This document shows positions 1 through 8,090 of a stretch of 32,000 nt of DNA, in pieces. The stretch comes from Serratia phage vB_SmaM-Kamaji. Both the position numbers and the translations under genes were made by a program. Location: the sequence record ON287373.1; one strand, given 5' to 3'. The notes under the pieces were generated by a model. It was not told the DNA's origin. It saw nothing but the letters and a program-made list of their open reading frames with translations, and searched no databases. The stretch's first letter is position 1, and each line of letters opens with the position of its first letter.

Positions 1-1
1 T

Positions 2-55
2 GGGCTGATCCAAGATTTCAAGACATTCCGTAAGCGGAGGAAAAATGTACAATAA
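2..55 (+). CDS. 3' end of a CDS truncated by the window edge (...GLIQDFKTFRKRRKNVQ*)
   Basis: Open frame from the window start to TAA at 53-55, overlapping the ATG at 45. Confidence 0.4.
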   Translation, partial: GLIQDFKTFRKRRKNVQ

Positions 56-254
56 AATTCGTTTCGTGGGTCGTGCTATTTCGTACTTCACCCTCGACTT
101 TTACCTGATGATGGTTGCTATGGTGGGTTTGTTCATGCTCCTAGCCCAACCATTCACTGTGGACTTTGGTGCCCTTATGCACTTTGTGCAGGAGTACACT
201 TCGCAATTCGTAATGACCAACAAAGACGCTGGAGAGCTGTATGAAACCCATTGA
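45..254 (+). CDS. Small protein with one hydrophobic segment, probable membrane protein
   Basis: 69 aa ORF, AGGAGG-like RBS (gcggagg) upstream, hydrophobic stretch YLMMVAMVGLFMLLA. Confidence 0.7.
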   Translation: MYNKIRFVGRAISYFTLDFYLMMVAMVGLFMLLAQPFTVDFGALMHFVQEYTSQFVMTNKDAGELYETH

Positions 255-702
255 TATCCTGAACCAATACTGGAATCCAACCGAAGAACGCTTTGAGAAC
301 CACTTCATTCAAGCGTTCGTCGAGCGTAACGGCCAGTTGAACATGCGTGAGTTCATTCGCTACTTCGAAGTGTCTGCGTCGTATGCTGAGATTAAGAATG
401 CGCTGGTGGAAGTGAATGGTAGCCAGAAGATTGCATTCAGTGACTTCGAGCCTGAGTTCCACGATTATCGCATCATGAAAGAGCGTTATTCGTTCGGTAC
501 TTACCCGCATGTTCGTGATCTGATCATGGAATTAGGTGAGGAAGGCATCTTCGTGACACGTGACGTGTTATTCCGCTACGTAGAGCGGCAACGACCAGAG
601 CGTAACAAAAACTCGTTCCTCCCAACTTCAATGCAGGATACCAGCTATGAGCGATCAACCGAAACCCGAAGAAAAGAACAGAATCAAGAATCTGCTGAAT
701 AA
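241..702 (+). CDS. Hypothetical early protein
   Basis: 153 aa ORF, 14 nt overlap with previous gene, same-strand operon. Confidence 0.75.
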   Translation: MKPIDILNQYWNPTEERFENHFIQAFVERNGQLNMREFIRYFEVSASYAEIKNALVEVNGSQKIAFSDFEPEFHDYRIMKERYSFGTYPHVRDLIMELGEEGIFVTRDVLFRYVERQRPERNKNSFLPTSMQDTSYERSTETRRKEQNQESAE

Positions 703-1012
703 CACACTAAAGCTGTATCCTAGTGGTTTGATGCCGGTTGACGACATGATTCTGAACCTTGTTCACGAAACCCAACGTCTTCGTGAGAGTGATATTGCTC
801 AAGAGCATGCTGCTCTAAGCATTCTAGACGCGGCTGTTATCGAGATCATAGAAGACAAAGAGCTGGATGACACCGCCAAACTGGGACAGTTGGCATTGGC
901 AATCGCTACCTTCTCTTACGTTCGAGAACATCACCATCAAAAGATGAAAGCCACCTTCGAGGAAGAACGTAACCTCACTGAAGTTGGCCTTGATCTGGTA
1001 ACAATGCATTAA
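647..1012 (+). CDS. Hypothetical early protein
   Basis: 121 aa ORF, overlaps end of previous gene. Confidence 0.7.
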   Translation: MSDQPKPEEKNRIKNLLNNTLKLYPSGLMPVDDMILNLVHETQRLRESDIAQEHAALSILDAAVIEIIEDKELDDTAKLGQLALAIATFSYVREHHHQKMKATFEEERNLTEVGLDLVTMH

Positions 1013-1025
1013 TTTGCTTGCGAAA

Positions 1026-1073
1026 GCTCTCTTAATTTGATATAATATTTATATTGGATTGAGGGAGCTTTTT
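1026..1073 (+). terminator. Terminator-like long hairpin with T tract
   Basis: gctctcttaat...attgagggagc (11 bp with two G-U pairs) followed by ttttt. Confidence 0.5.
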
Positions 1074-1200
1074 GCGTATCTACATTATCAGAATTTTTCG
1101 CACCCTGAGAAATTTTCATAATGTTGGTATGGAACAACAACGGGATTACATCTGTTAAACACCCGTTAGTTAGTTTACTTTTTCGGTAGTTTAACAGACT

Positions 1201-1893
1201 TTGGAGAGAAGCTATATGTTTGGATGGCTAAGAAAATTATTTGAAAGAAATATTTATCGTGTCAGGATCGAGATCATGACGCCTGGGTGGAAACATAGCC
1301 CATTATCCCGTATACATGTTCATGTTGACTTGGTTAGCGAAGTAATTATTGGTACTACTAAGCGTACCATTTACACTAATGTTGAAAGCTTCTTTGTTAG
1401 TCGTGGATGCAACAAGAACGATTGCTGGTACACTAAGTCGGAAGTGGCCAAAGAGCTAGAGAAAATCTATATGAAATATCGGACTAAACCCCGTGTATCT
1501 TTCATTACTCTCACTCGACCTGCTCCCACGCCACCACCTCCTCCAAAGTTTCCAGATCGCCCTATAAATCCCTACAATATTAGGTACGAGGGGCTAGAGA
1601 AGCTTGAAGGTGACAGCTCGCCTCACATGGCATACTCTATATTCCGTGCTCACATTGAGGCACACTATCCTAAGACGTACACTCAGTATCTGGGGTACAA
1701 GATCGTACGAGGACGTGAACCATATGAAGGTCTGATGCTGCTAAATAGCGACGATGTTAAACAGTTGAACTATGGTGACAAATACTACGTCATCAACATG
1801 GATACACGAACCATCTACCACCCACAAGCATGTGCTGGACGTACCGTAGCAGCTCTAGAAATGCAACCACATATTCACAGAGGTTCTAAATGA
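1201..1893 (+). CDS. Hypothetical early protein with Pro-rich linker (PAPTPPPPPKFP)
   Basis: 230 aa ORF after an intergenic gap. Confidence 0.75.
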   Translation: MERSYMFGWLRKLFERNIYRVRIEIMTPGWKHSPLSRIHVHVDLVSEVIIGTTKRTIYTNVESFFVSRGCNKNDCWYTKSEVAKELEKIYMKYRTKPRVSFITLTRPAPTPPPPPKFPDRPINPYNIRYEGLEKLEGDSSPHMAYSIFRAHIEAHYPKTYTQYLGYKIVRGREPYEGLMLLNSDDVKQLNYGDKYYVINMDTRTIYHPQACAGRTVAALEMQPHIHRGSK

Positions 1894-2207
1894 TTGGAAG
1901 CACCGGATTTAACCATCACCCTATCGAAACTGGCATCTGGTTCACCTATAACGGTTGGCGTTACAAAGACCGTTATGACATTCGACTGCTGGGTGGAACT
2001 GAGATAAAGAATTGCTACCCTAACGCATACAGCTGGATTGTGGTAGACACAGGTAAAGAGTACACCGATTCCCAAGTAGAAGCTGTTCGCTTGATGCCTG
2101 ATAGTGAGCTAGACGAGTGGAGCTTCACCGGGCATTCTCGTCTGGAACGCAGTTGTGGCATGTTCGGAATTCCACTGGATATCGAACATTTCGAGCGTCA
2201 CGTTTAA
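1890..2207 (+). CDS. Hypothetical protein
   Basis: 105 aa ORF, ATGA overlap with previous stop. Confidence 0.7.
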   Translation: MIGSTGFNHHPIETGIWFTYNGWRYKDRYDIRLLGGTEIKNCYPNAYSWIVVDTGKEYTDSQVEAVRLMPDSELDEWSFTGHSRLERSCGMFGIPLDIEHFERHV

Positions 2208-2320
2208 AATATCCTTGCAATCCACGGACGGATGCATTATCATTATATAGTACGATGTATACACGTATTTATAATTCTTATTAGCAGCGGAACGCTGCAA
2301 GATTCCTAGGAGAAATCAAG

Positions 2321-2653
2321 ATGTCAATCATGTTCACTATCTCTGATAAGAACGCGGTTCTTATCGACGTAACTCACGGTCGTGCTACTATTGTTGAAGG
2401 TAACAAAGAAACTTCTCAGCAATACATCGGTACTGCTGCACAAACTCAGGCTGCTCTGGACGCTCTGCACACTGCTAAGCTGATTGGTCTGGAAAACCTG
2501 ACTAAGTTCGATCTGGACAGCCGTACTAAGGCTCTGGATGCTGTTGTTAAGTGCTTTACCGATGCTGGTATGGTTGCTGCAACTAAAGATACCTACAAGC
2601 GTATCGGTGCGTTCACCTTCGATCCTGCTAAGCAGTCGACCTACGGTGTATAA
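2321..2653 (+). CDS. Hypothetical protein
   Basis: 110 aa ORF with RBS (aggagaaatcaag), followed by a terminator. Confidence 0.75.
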   Translation: MSIMFTISDKNAVLIDVTHGRATIVEGNKETSQQYIGTAAQTQAALDALHTAKLIGLENLTKFDLDSRTKALDAVVKCFTDAGMVAATKDTYKRIGAFTFDPAKQSTYGV

Positions 2654-2660
2654 TAACTAA

Positions 2661-2684
2661 GCCATCCTTCGGGATGGCTTTTTT
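2661..2684 (+). terminator. Rho-independent terminator
   Basis: GCCATCC-TTCG-GGATGGC-TTTTTT, perfect 7 bp stem with tetraloop. Confidence 0.95.
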
Positions 2685-2712
2685 ACGTATGTAATAAAGT
2701 TAAAAATTTAGT

Positions 2713-2742
2713 TGCTAAAACGCTTAAATTAGTGGTATAATA
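2713..2742 (+). promoter_or_regulatory. Sigma70-like promoter TTGCTA-N18-TATAAT
   Basis: Consensus -10 and near-consensus -35, 26 bp upstream of an ORF cluster. Confidence 0.65.
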
Positions 2743-2768
2743 TATTTATCGAATCGGGAGAGATTAAT

Positions 2769-2981
2769 ATGAAAACTACGCATGAAGAAGTTCGCAAGTT
2801 GCTGGAAGGTGGTTTGAAAAAGACTGAGTGTCTGGATGCCAATGAGAAGTATTTCGTTATGAAATACCATAAGCAGAACGGCTCCGTTCTGCTAGTCAAA
2901 TATACTCGTAACAAGGGACTAAATACTCCCGAGCTTTTAGAGAGCTTTAGCTCAGACAACCACGGGGTCAACAATGTTTAA
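2769..2981 (+). CDS. Hypothetical protein
   Basis: 70 aa ORF with RBS gggagat. Confidence 0.7.
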   Translation: MKTTHEEVRKLLEGGLKKTECLDANEKYFVMKYHKQNGSVLLVKYTRNKGLNTPELLESFSSDNHGVNNV

Positions 2982-3279
2982 CAAATACTGCATTTACACG
3001 TCACAGGGATTGGTAGTTAATATATCTCCTATCGCAATCTCGGTGAATGATACTATTAATAAAAGAACAGCAATGTTCGCGTGTGACGAAGAAATAGCAC
3101 AACATTTTCGGGTGGCAATCTCTAATTCCCTAGGAGCTGTTTCTAACACTATGCAAGACGGCGTTATCATGATGATGGCCATCTTAAATGGTGAAACCAG
3201 CAACTCTAAGTTTGCTAGCTTTGATGGTGTGATTGAGCATCTACAAACGGAGTATTTCCTAGATGGAAGCGTACAATAA
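2974..3279 (+). CDS. Hypothetical protein
   Basis: 101 aa ORF overlapping the previous gene. Confidence 0.65.
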   Translation: MFNKYCIYTSQGLVVNISPIAISVNDTINKRTAMFACDEEIAQHFRVAISNSLGAVSNTMQDGVIMMMAILNGETSNSKFASFDGVIEHLQTEYFLDGSVQ

Positions 3280-3667
3280 AGCAATAGAAGATGCACTGAC
3301 TGAGGAAGCTAACAACTTCCCCATTCATCGGTTTACCACTAGAAATGGTACTACCAACCTACGACGTATTAAGATGCTTGAGCGTGACTTCCAGCAAGAG
3401 GCTCTCAACTTAATATTTATAAGAAAAGCGAGAGCAGTTCACGGTGATCTTTACGGGTATGCAGAGGTTAATTACTCTAGCACTAAACAGTATGTGAACA
3501 TCATCTGTCAGGTACACGGGATTTTCAAGCAGGTAGCTGGGGTTCATCTCTCAGGTTCAGGATGCCAGCAGTGTGCTCAAGCCCGACGTAATGAGGCTCG
3601 CATGACTGGATCTAAAACTAATTATATTATTATAGACGAAATCGAGGCAAACGATGAACATAATTAA
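3263..3667 (+). CDS. Treble-clef/zinc-ribbon type protein resembling the DUF723 pattern (KARAVHGDLYGYAEVNY...CQVHGIFKQVAGVHLSGSGCQQC)
   Basis: 134 aa ORF; characteristic KAR-VHG-Y-Y / C-x2-HG-x-F / HL-G-GC-x2-C signature. Confidence 0.7.
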   Translation: MEAYNKAIEDALTEEANNFPIHRFTTRNGTTNLRRIKMLERDFQQEALNLIFIRKARAVHGDLYGYAEVNYSSTKQYVNIICQVHGIFKQVAGVHLSGSGCQQCAQARRNEARMTGSKTNYIIIDEIEANDEHN

Positions 3668-3971
3668 GATAGTCAACTTCATGGAAGATCATACAATAAC
3701 TTTTTACTTTAAAGATAATACTGCAATAATTAGAACATTAGAAGGTAATGTAGCTGTAGTACGTCTAAAACAAGATATTAGGAATAGTAATCTATTCACC
3801 AATGGTTACTTTAACCTTGCATCAGCGGGCATTCATGATGGTATTGAGGTTGATCCCATTTCCGATACCCTGACGATTCACCTGGCTCAGCCAGTCTTCG
3901 AAGAGCCAGAAGAATGTCTAGCCTATTTAGAACAGCATTTCGGTTTAATTGCTAAGGAGTTTGAAGAGTGA
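3654..3971 (+). CDS. Hypothetical protein
   Basis: 105 aa ORF in overlapping operon. Confidence 0.65.
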   Translation: MNIIKIVNFMEDHTITFYFKDNTAIIRTLEGNVAVVRLKQDIRNSNLFTNGYFNLASAGIHDGIEVDPISDTLTIHLAQPVFEEPEECLAYLEQHFGLIAKEFEE

Positions 3972-4273
3972 CTAATACTTACCATGAAAATATCCGCTGC
4001 CCACTCAACAACAGTGTAATGCTGCAGTACACTCGGGCTGAGACGGATGGTGACGTACTGGTTCAGGACTTCATCGAAGCTATCCACATCTTCGACCTCC
4101 AGCAAGTTCTGGATGACGACGGGAAGGCTGACGGGCGTACCCTGAAAGGTCGTCTGATCCTTCGTGACGTTTGGGACTCAGTTCTGTTAAATCTTCATCG
4201 GATTTACACAATGCAGGACGCAGTTATCGTTGTTGAAGAAGCGTACAAAGCATTCTACGGAGATACAAAATGA
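3968..4273 (+). CDS. Hypothetical protein
   Basis: 101 aa ORF, stop-start overlap with previous gene. Confidence 0.65.
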   Translation: MTNTYHENIRCPLNNSVMLQYTRAETDGDVLVQDFIEAIHIFDLQQVLDDDGKADGRTLKGRLILRDVWDSVLLNLHRIYTMQDAVIVVEEAYKAFYGDTK

Positions 4274-4551
4274 CTTGGTTGCTTGAAGACGGCCACGTGC
4301 GGATTATGGGCGAACATGTGTATATCACTACAGGATTGTCGCTTTTGCACTATTCCTGTAAGAACCCATTCAGTATACAAATTCTAGCTGGAAGGTTAGA
4401 ACGTGATTGGATCACACATGTGCAGGATCTTCTGGATAATATGCGTGATTTCGTCCACGAAGGGACGAGGACTCTAGGAAAGCGTGAGTACCCAAATATT
4501 CGTGAGCTAAGGGTTAGTGCAGCTGAGCAAGAGCTTAGGAAAATTAAATAG
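4270..4551 (+). CDS. Hypothetical protein
   Basis: 93 aa ORF, ATGA overlap with previous gene. Confidence 0.65.
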   Translation: MTWLLEDGHVRIMGEHVYITTGLSLLHYSCKNPFSIQILAGRLERDWITHVQDLLDNMRDFVHEGTRTLGKREYPNIRELRVSAAEQELRKIK

Positions 4552-4560
4552 AGGAAATAA

Positions 4561-5331
4561 ATGATTGATGTAATTAAACTACAAGGGATATTAGACTTAG
4601 CTAAGTCTTGCAAAAAGAAGCTAATATCTACCTTATCACAAAAAGAAGTACACTCAGTAATGCTTCTAGGACACGTTGCACTTATTGGGAAAGACTCAGC
4701 AGGACGAGACACTCAATCGATGGTAAAAGGAGATCGAGCAGTTCTTTGTCCTAATGAACGTTACGCAAGATCGTTCACTAAAGCTCTTTCCCTCCCAGGG
4801 AAAGGTTTCTCTAGAGACTCTTACCACGTTTATTTAGATGATCCAACCATACCACAGTTTAAATACGCTGAGTCATTACAAGAGGTTCTAGACGCTTACC
4901 CACATGAGCTCCTCATCCTAGACAGGTCAGGTGAGGACAACTCAAACGGTAAGCCTCTGTACGTTCCCACTGAACTTCTAAATAAAGATGTTAAGTCTGA
5001 TGAAGTTGACATTGTAAAGGCTAGACGTCGAATCACTAGAATGTTGCAAGACATGCAATACTATCTGATGTACAAGGACGAACCTAGACCACCTAACGTC
5101 GCATTCATCATTAAAGAGTTCTTAACGTACCCAATTGACTACACTGATTCTTCTGCCAAACTTCTGCCCGGCTTTGACATTACTAAGGCACTACAAGGGG
5201 AAGAGATTGAGGAAACCAAGTACCCTAGAATTAATGACAAAGACAAACTCGACACGTTCACAAATCGAAGAACTTCTGTCATTTATTGGGCATCACTTGG
5301 CATATATCTCAACTCCAAACTAGGAAAGTAA
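4561..5331 (+). CDS. Hypothetical protein, last gene before the noncoding tract
   Basis: 256 aa ORF with RBS (agaggaaataa). Confidence 0.75.
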   Translation: MIDVIKLQGILDLAKSCKKKLISTLSQKEVHSVMLLGHVALIGKDSAGRDTQSMVKGDRAVLCPNERYARSFTKALSLPGKGFSRDSYHVYLDDPTIPQFKYAESLQEVLDAYPHELLILDRSGEDNSNGKPLYVPTELLNKDVKSDEVDIVKARRRITRMLQDMQYYLMYKDEPRPPNVAFIIKEFLTYPIDYTDSSAKLLPGFDITKALQGEEIEETKYPRINDKDKLDTFTNRRTSVIYWASLGIYLNSKLGK

Positions 5332-5339
5332 AAGTCACT

Positions 5340-5377
5340 TTACAGATTTCAGATCCTGTGTTACAATAAATCTGTAA
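5340..5377. repeat. Perfect 10 bp inverted repeat TTACAGATTT / AAATCTGTAA
   Basis: Arms 5340-5349 and 5368-5377. Confidence 0.85.
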
Positions 5378-5388
5378 GAAACAATACC

Positions 5389-5488
5389 TCCCGCGGTGTT
5401 GTGAGAGATCAGATGAATCGAGGGGCGCTTGCCTTCATGTTTACCACGCCCCGCACGAATTCACTCTGATCTTGAAGCAGACACCGGG
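5389..5488. repeat. Composite ~100 nt extended hairpin
   Basis: Outer CCC(GC)GGTGT / ACACCGGG enclosing GATCAGATGAATCGAGGGGCG / CGCCCCGCACGAATTCACTCTGATC. Confidence 0.75.
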
Positions 5489-5543
5489 TTTGTCTATAAG
5501 AATTGCCCGGAACTATATTTAAAAATAACTTCATAATATAAAG

Positions 5544-5579
5544 AGGATAACTAACTCAATTAATCTGGGAAGTTATCCT
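5544..5579. repeat. Perfect 9 bp inverted repeat AGGATAACT / AGTTATCCT
   Basis: Arms 5544-5552 and 5571-5579. Confidence 0.8.
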
Positions 5580-5734
5580 TCTTTCATTTCTCAAATACAC
5601 CTCATTAATTCCATTCATAAGTAATCGAGATCTTTCCTCCCGCGACTCGCTGATGAATCTCCCTTCTAGTGTAATCTCAAATCCTAGTAACTAAAATCAT
5701 TGTCGAATAAGCACATGTTACTTCTCTTATAATC

Positions 5735-5777
5735 CTGGCCGGTTTCATGCCGAAGGCATGGGAGTCTGGCCGGTTTC
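5735..5777. repeat. 12 bp direct repeat CTGGCCGGTTTC flanking a CATGCC-GAA-GGCATG hairpin
   Basis: Copies 5735-5746 and 5766-5777; hairpin 5746-5760. Confidence 0.8.
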
Positions 5778-5875
5778 CTATAGGGGGGTTATTGACAGGG
5801 CGGTTATTTTGAAAACACCTTTTTTCAAATTGACATTCTGGAATTCACCCAGTCTTCCACTTACTCACCAAAACA

Positions 5876-6458
5876 TTGTCGGTTTTGCACATACTCCCAT
5901 TCTAGAAAAACCTTGTAGGATTTGCACATATCATCTCCCCTTTACGACAGAAACGAATTGCTTCTGTCGCGTCTTCCCACGTCCAGAAAAAGTGACCCAA
6001 AAACTTCACCATTTCTTCACGCGGCGGAGCCGTCTGGATTTTGGTGTTTGAGCCACACCTGGCCCCTCTTGTCAAGGGAAATTTGCTAGCAACCCCCATA
6101 AAATCGCAAAATAGTACGACCTAGCCCACCTGCAAACCAGAATCCCACCCAAGAGCTCGCCCTCGTGCGAGAAAATCACCCATAAGTCTACAAAACCACC
6201 CCAAAATAGGGGTTATTTTGATAAGATCTCAATTTTCCTCCTATAATCTCAAATTTGCCCCGAAAAGCTCCCGCTGCACGATATTTTCTTCTAATATATC
6301 GGATTTGCACATATAATCCACTTTCTAGCAAACATTGTCGGTTTTGCACATGCTCTCGCCCACGAGGGGGCGTTGGTCATTAAACTTGAAAAAATTATTG
6401 TCGGATTCGCACATGGCCATGTAACATTTTGGTTGACAGGTTGTCGGATTCGCACAAG
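5876..6458 (+). repeat. Six directly oriented iteron-like repeats, consensus TTGTCGG(A/T)TT(T/C)GCACA(T)(A/G)
   Basis: Copies at 5876-5893, 5913-5930, 6296-6313, 6335-6352, 6398-6415, 6441-6458. Confidence 0.85.
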
Positions 6459-6507
6459 CGCAGGAGGGCCATAGGGTTTTTAATCGTTAGCTAATTAATA
6501 ATGAGCT

Positions 6508-6602
6508 AATCATTAATCACCTTACGTTATTGTTAGTTAACTAACGAAATAGTTTCAATAGGGTATCATTTATTAGAAAATCATTAGTCACCTTACGTTA
6601 TT
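6508..6602 (+). repeat. 24 bp direct repeat AATCATTA(A/G)TCACCTTACGTTATT
   Basis: Copies 6508-6531 and 6579-6602, 23/24 identical. Confidence 0.9.
6532..6545. repeat. Perfect 14 bp palindrome GTTAGTTAACTAAC
   Basis: Direct reading. Confidence 0.9.
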
Positions 6603-6637
6603 ATTCCAAGTGCAAGTGAGAAACACTCTCATTTGAG

Positions 6638-6646
6638 TTATCCACA
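6638..6646 (+). promoter_or_regulatory. DnaA box TTATCCACA
   Basis: Exact consensus; inside 19 bp direct repeat GAGTTATCCACAGACTTAT (6635-6653 and 6696-6714). Confidence 0.8.
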
Positions 6647-6698
6647 GACTTATACAGTTTTGTAAAGATGCTTGACTCCTGGATCAGACGAGACGGAG

Positions 6699-6719
6699 TT
6701 ATCCACAGACTTATCAACA
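6699..6719 (+). promoter_or_regulatory. DnaA box TTATCCACA (6699-6707) plus near-match TTATCAACA (6711-6719)
   Basis: Exact and 8/9 matches in tandem. Confidence 0.8.
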
Positions 6720-6727
6720 GCTTATCC

Positions 6728-6747
6728 TACTGGATAAATATACAGTA
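6728..6747. promoter_or_regulatory. LexA/SOS-box-like dyad TACTGGATAAATATACAGTA
   Basis: 18/20 match to TACTGTATATATATACAGTA. Confidence 0.55.
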
Positions 6748-7068
6748 GTTTCCTGTAGCAGGTTGTACTGGTATAGCTCTAAAACGTCCTGTACAGGCTT
6801 TTGCGGGGTTTTCTCGGATTGGGGGTACTATGGGGAAGGGTGGCATGGGGGTTAAAAAATTAGTTACCCGGCTAAGGATAACCGGGCGTTATTACTACAG
6901 GATGGGAACGTTATCCCGCTTCATCCGTTCCCGCAGTTCGTCCAATTCGCGGTTTAGCTGGCGGTGGCGTTGATACTCCTCCCCCGCCCTTGTCATGCCG
7001 AACCACATCCAGACCACAAGCGCCCCTAGTAGCAGGCCAAGGACACCAACAAAGATATAAGGCATTGC

Positions 7069-7464
7069 TTAGTTCTCGTATGATTTGAAGGTACAATCGG
7101 AACCCACGATAACATGGTGTGGGGTGCTCATTACATAGCCCCGGTGATCTGGAGCGTCGGCGGTAGATACCTGCAACGATACCTCGCCTTGCAGGTACAC
7201 GCGGGTGTAGTCATTTTCGCCGAATACCTCGGAAAACTGCGCGATGCCAAACGCTTTGGCGGTCACGGTTGCGCTATACGGGGTAAACATGATAGTGACA
7301 CGTTCGCGCCCTGTTTTCAGCTTAGCGCCACGTTGTGGAAAATCCCACGAACCGGCTTGCTCATATTGGGTGACGCCTTGGCATTCCCAACGCGCACCGC
7401 CGGAAACTGCCATAGCGGCGGAAGTGGTAGCGAGTAGGGCAACTGCTAAGATAGTGCGTTTCAT
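7069..7464 (-). CDS. Putative secreted/periplasmic pre-early protein
   Basis: 131 aa; signal peptide MKRTILAVALLATTSAAMA; two Cys in the mature part. Confidence 0.8.
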   Translation of the reverse strand: MKRTILAVALLATTSAAMAVSGGARWECQGVTQYEQAGSWDFPQRGAKLKTGRERVTIMFTPYSATVTAKAFGIAQFSEVFGENDYTRVYLQGEVSLQVSTADAPDHRGYVMSTPHHVIVGSDCTFKSYEN

Positions 7465-7532
7465 CGTTCTAGCTCCTTTGGGTTAGTTTAGGCCGTAGCC
7501 GCCTCGCTGGAAGCGGCTACCCTAAAACCTCA

Positions 7533-7742
7533 TTACTGTTTAGCTTTCAAGTATCTGCGGATAGCTTTTCTTGCCACCTCCAGCGCCTGTACCCCTAAAT
7601 CAGAGTTGGGATGTATAGATCCGCAGGTACAACTTCCATCCTCCTTACTAATGTCTATATAAAGTTCCGTGTACCCCATCAGCATATAAACGCGATACTC
7701 GTAGCGGCTTTCACCTACTTCTGTAGCTTTTAACTTTGCCAT
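7533..7742 (-). CDS. Hypothetical small pre-early protein (MAKLKATEVGES...)
   Basis: Start moved to ATG at 7742 with upstream RBS (gggagga region); supplied ORF begins at 7811. Confidence 0.7.
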   Translation of the reverse strand: MAKLKATEVGESRYEYRVYMLMGYTELYIDISKEDGSCTCGSIHPNSDLGVQALEVARKAIRRYLKAKQ

Positions 7743-7848
7743 GTTAATCCTCCGGGTTAGTGTGGAAACACCCCACACCCTTAATATAGCAAAACGCCCT
7801 AACCGTTGCAAGCGATTAGGGCGAATATTTTACCATTGATCGAATTCG

Positions 7849-7986
7849 TCACTGACAAGGATAGGATTCATCTTGGCAGTTCCTTAACCGTTCGTGAACC
7901 TTGCCAAGGTGTAATCCTAGCCCCAGACCTGCCGCAAAGAATACGGCAAAACCAAAACATACCCCGATAACCGTGTTAGCGTCCAT
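7849..7986 (-). CDS. 45 aa putative membrane protein (MDANTVIGVCFGFAVFFAAGLGLGLHLGKV...)
   Basis: Hydrophobic helix; start overlaps previous stop as TAATG. Confidence 0.6.
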   Translation of the reverse strand: MDANTVIGVCFGFAVFFAAGLGLGLHLGKVHERLRNCQDESYPCQ

Positions 7987-8090
7987 TAGCACCACCGCCG
8001 TGTTGTAGCCCGTACCCCGTCGCCAGCTTCGCTATCGTTGGCGCCCCACAGATTGCCCGAGAAGATGTAAAGTTTCATGTTAGTATTCAT
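7986..8090 (-). CDS. 34 aa small ORF (MNTNMKLYIFSGNLWGANDSEAGDGVRATTRRWC)
   Basis: Overlaps the end of the 8080-8454 gene and is coupled (TAATG) to the downstream small membrane ORF. Confidence 0.4.
   Translation of the reverse strand: MNTNMKLYIFSGNLWGANDSEAGDGVRATTRRWC

Larger units (their letters stand above)
5332..6890. promoter_or_regulatory. About 1.5 kb noncoding repeat-rich tract; candidate injection stop signal / second-step-transfer control region
   Basis: No convincing ORF; several long hairpins, six iteron-like repeats, DnaA boxes, palindromes; lies at the pre-early/early junction as in T5. Confidence 0.6.

Noticed and set aside
5384-5490. tRNA gene in the structured tract
   Set aside because: The fold is one extended hairpin, with no cloverleaf, T-arm GTTCRA or anticodon arm
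5758-6099. ORFs 5758..6051(+) and 5902..6099(-)
   Set aside because: They overlap the iteron-like repeats, lack an RBS, and have atypical composition
5876-6458. CRISPR array
   Set aside because: The 18 bp repeats are irregularly spaced (37-383 bp), spacers are not uniform, and no cas genes are present
6911-7096. 61 aa minus ORF in the tail of the noncoding tract
   Set aside because: It overlaps the 7069-7464 gene and has a low-complexity Gly/Pro tail without an RBS. A shorter coding version cannot be excluded
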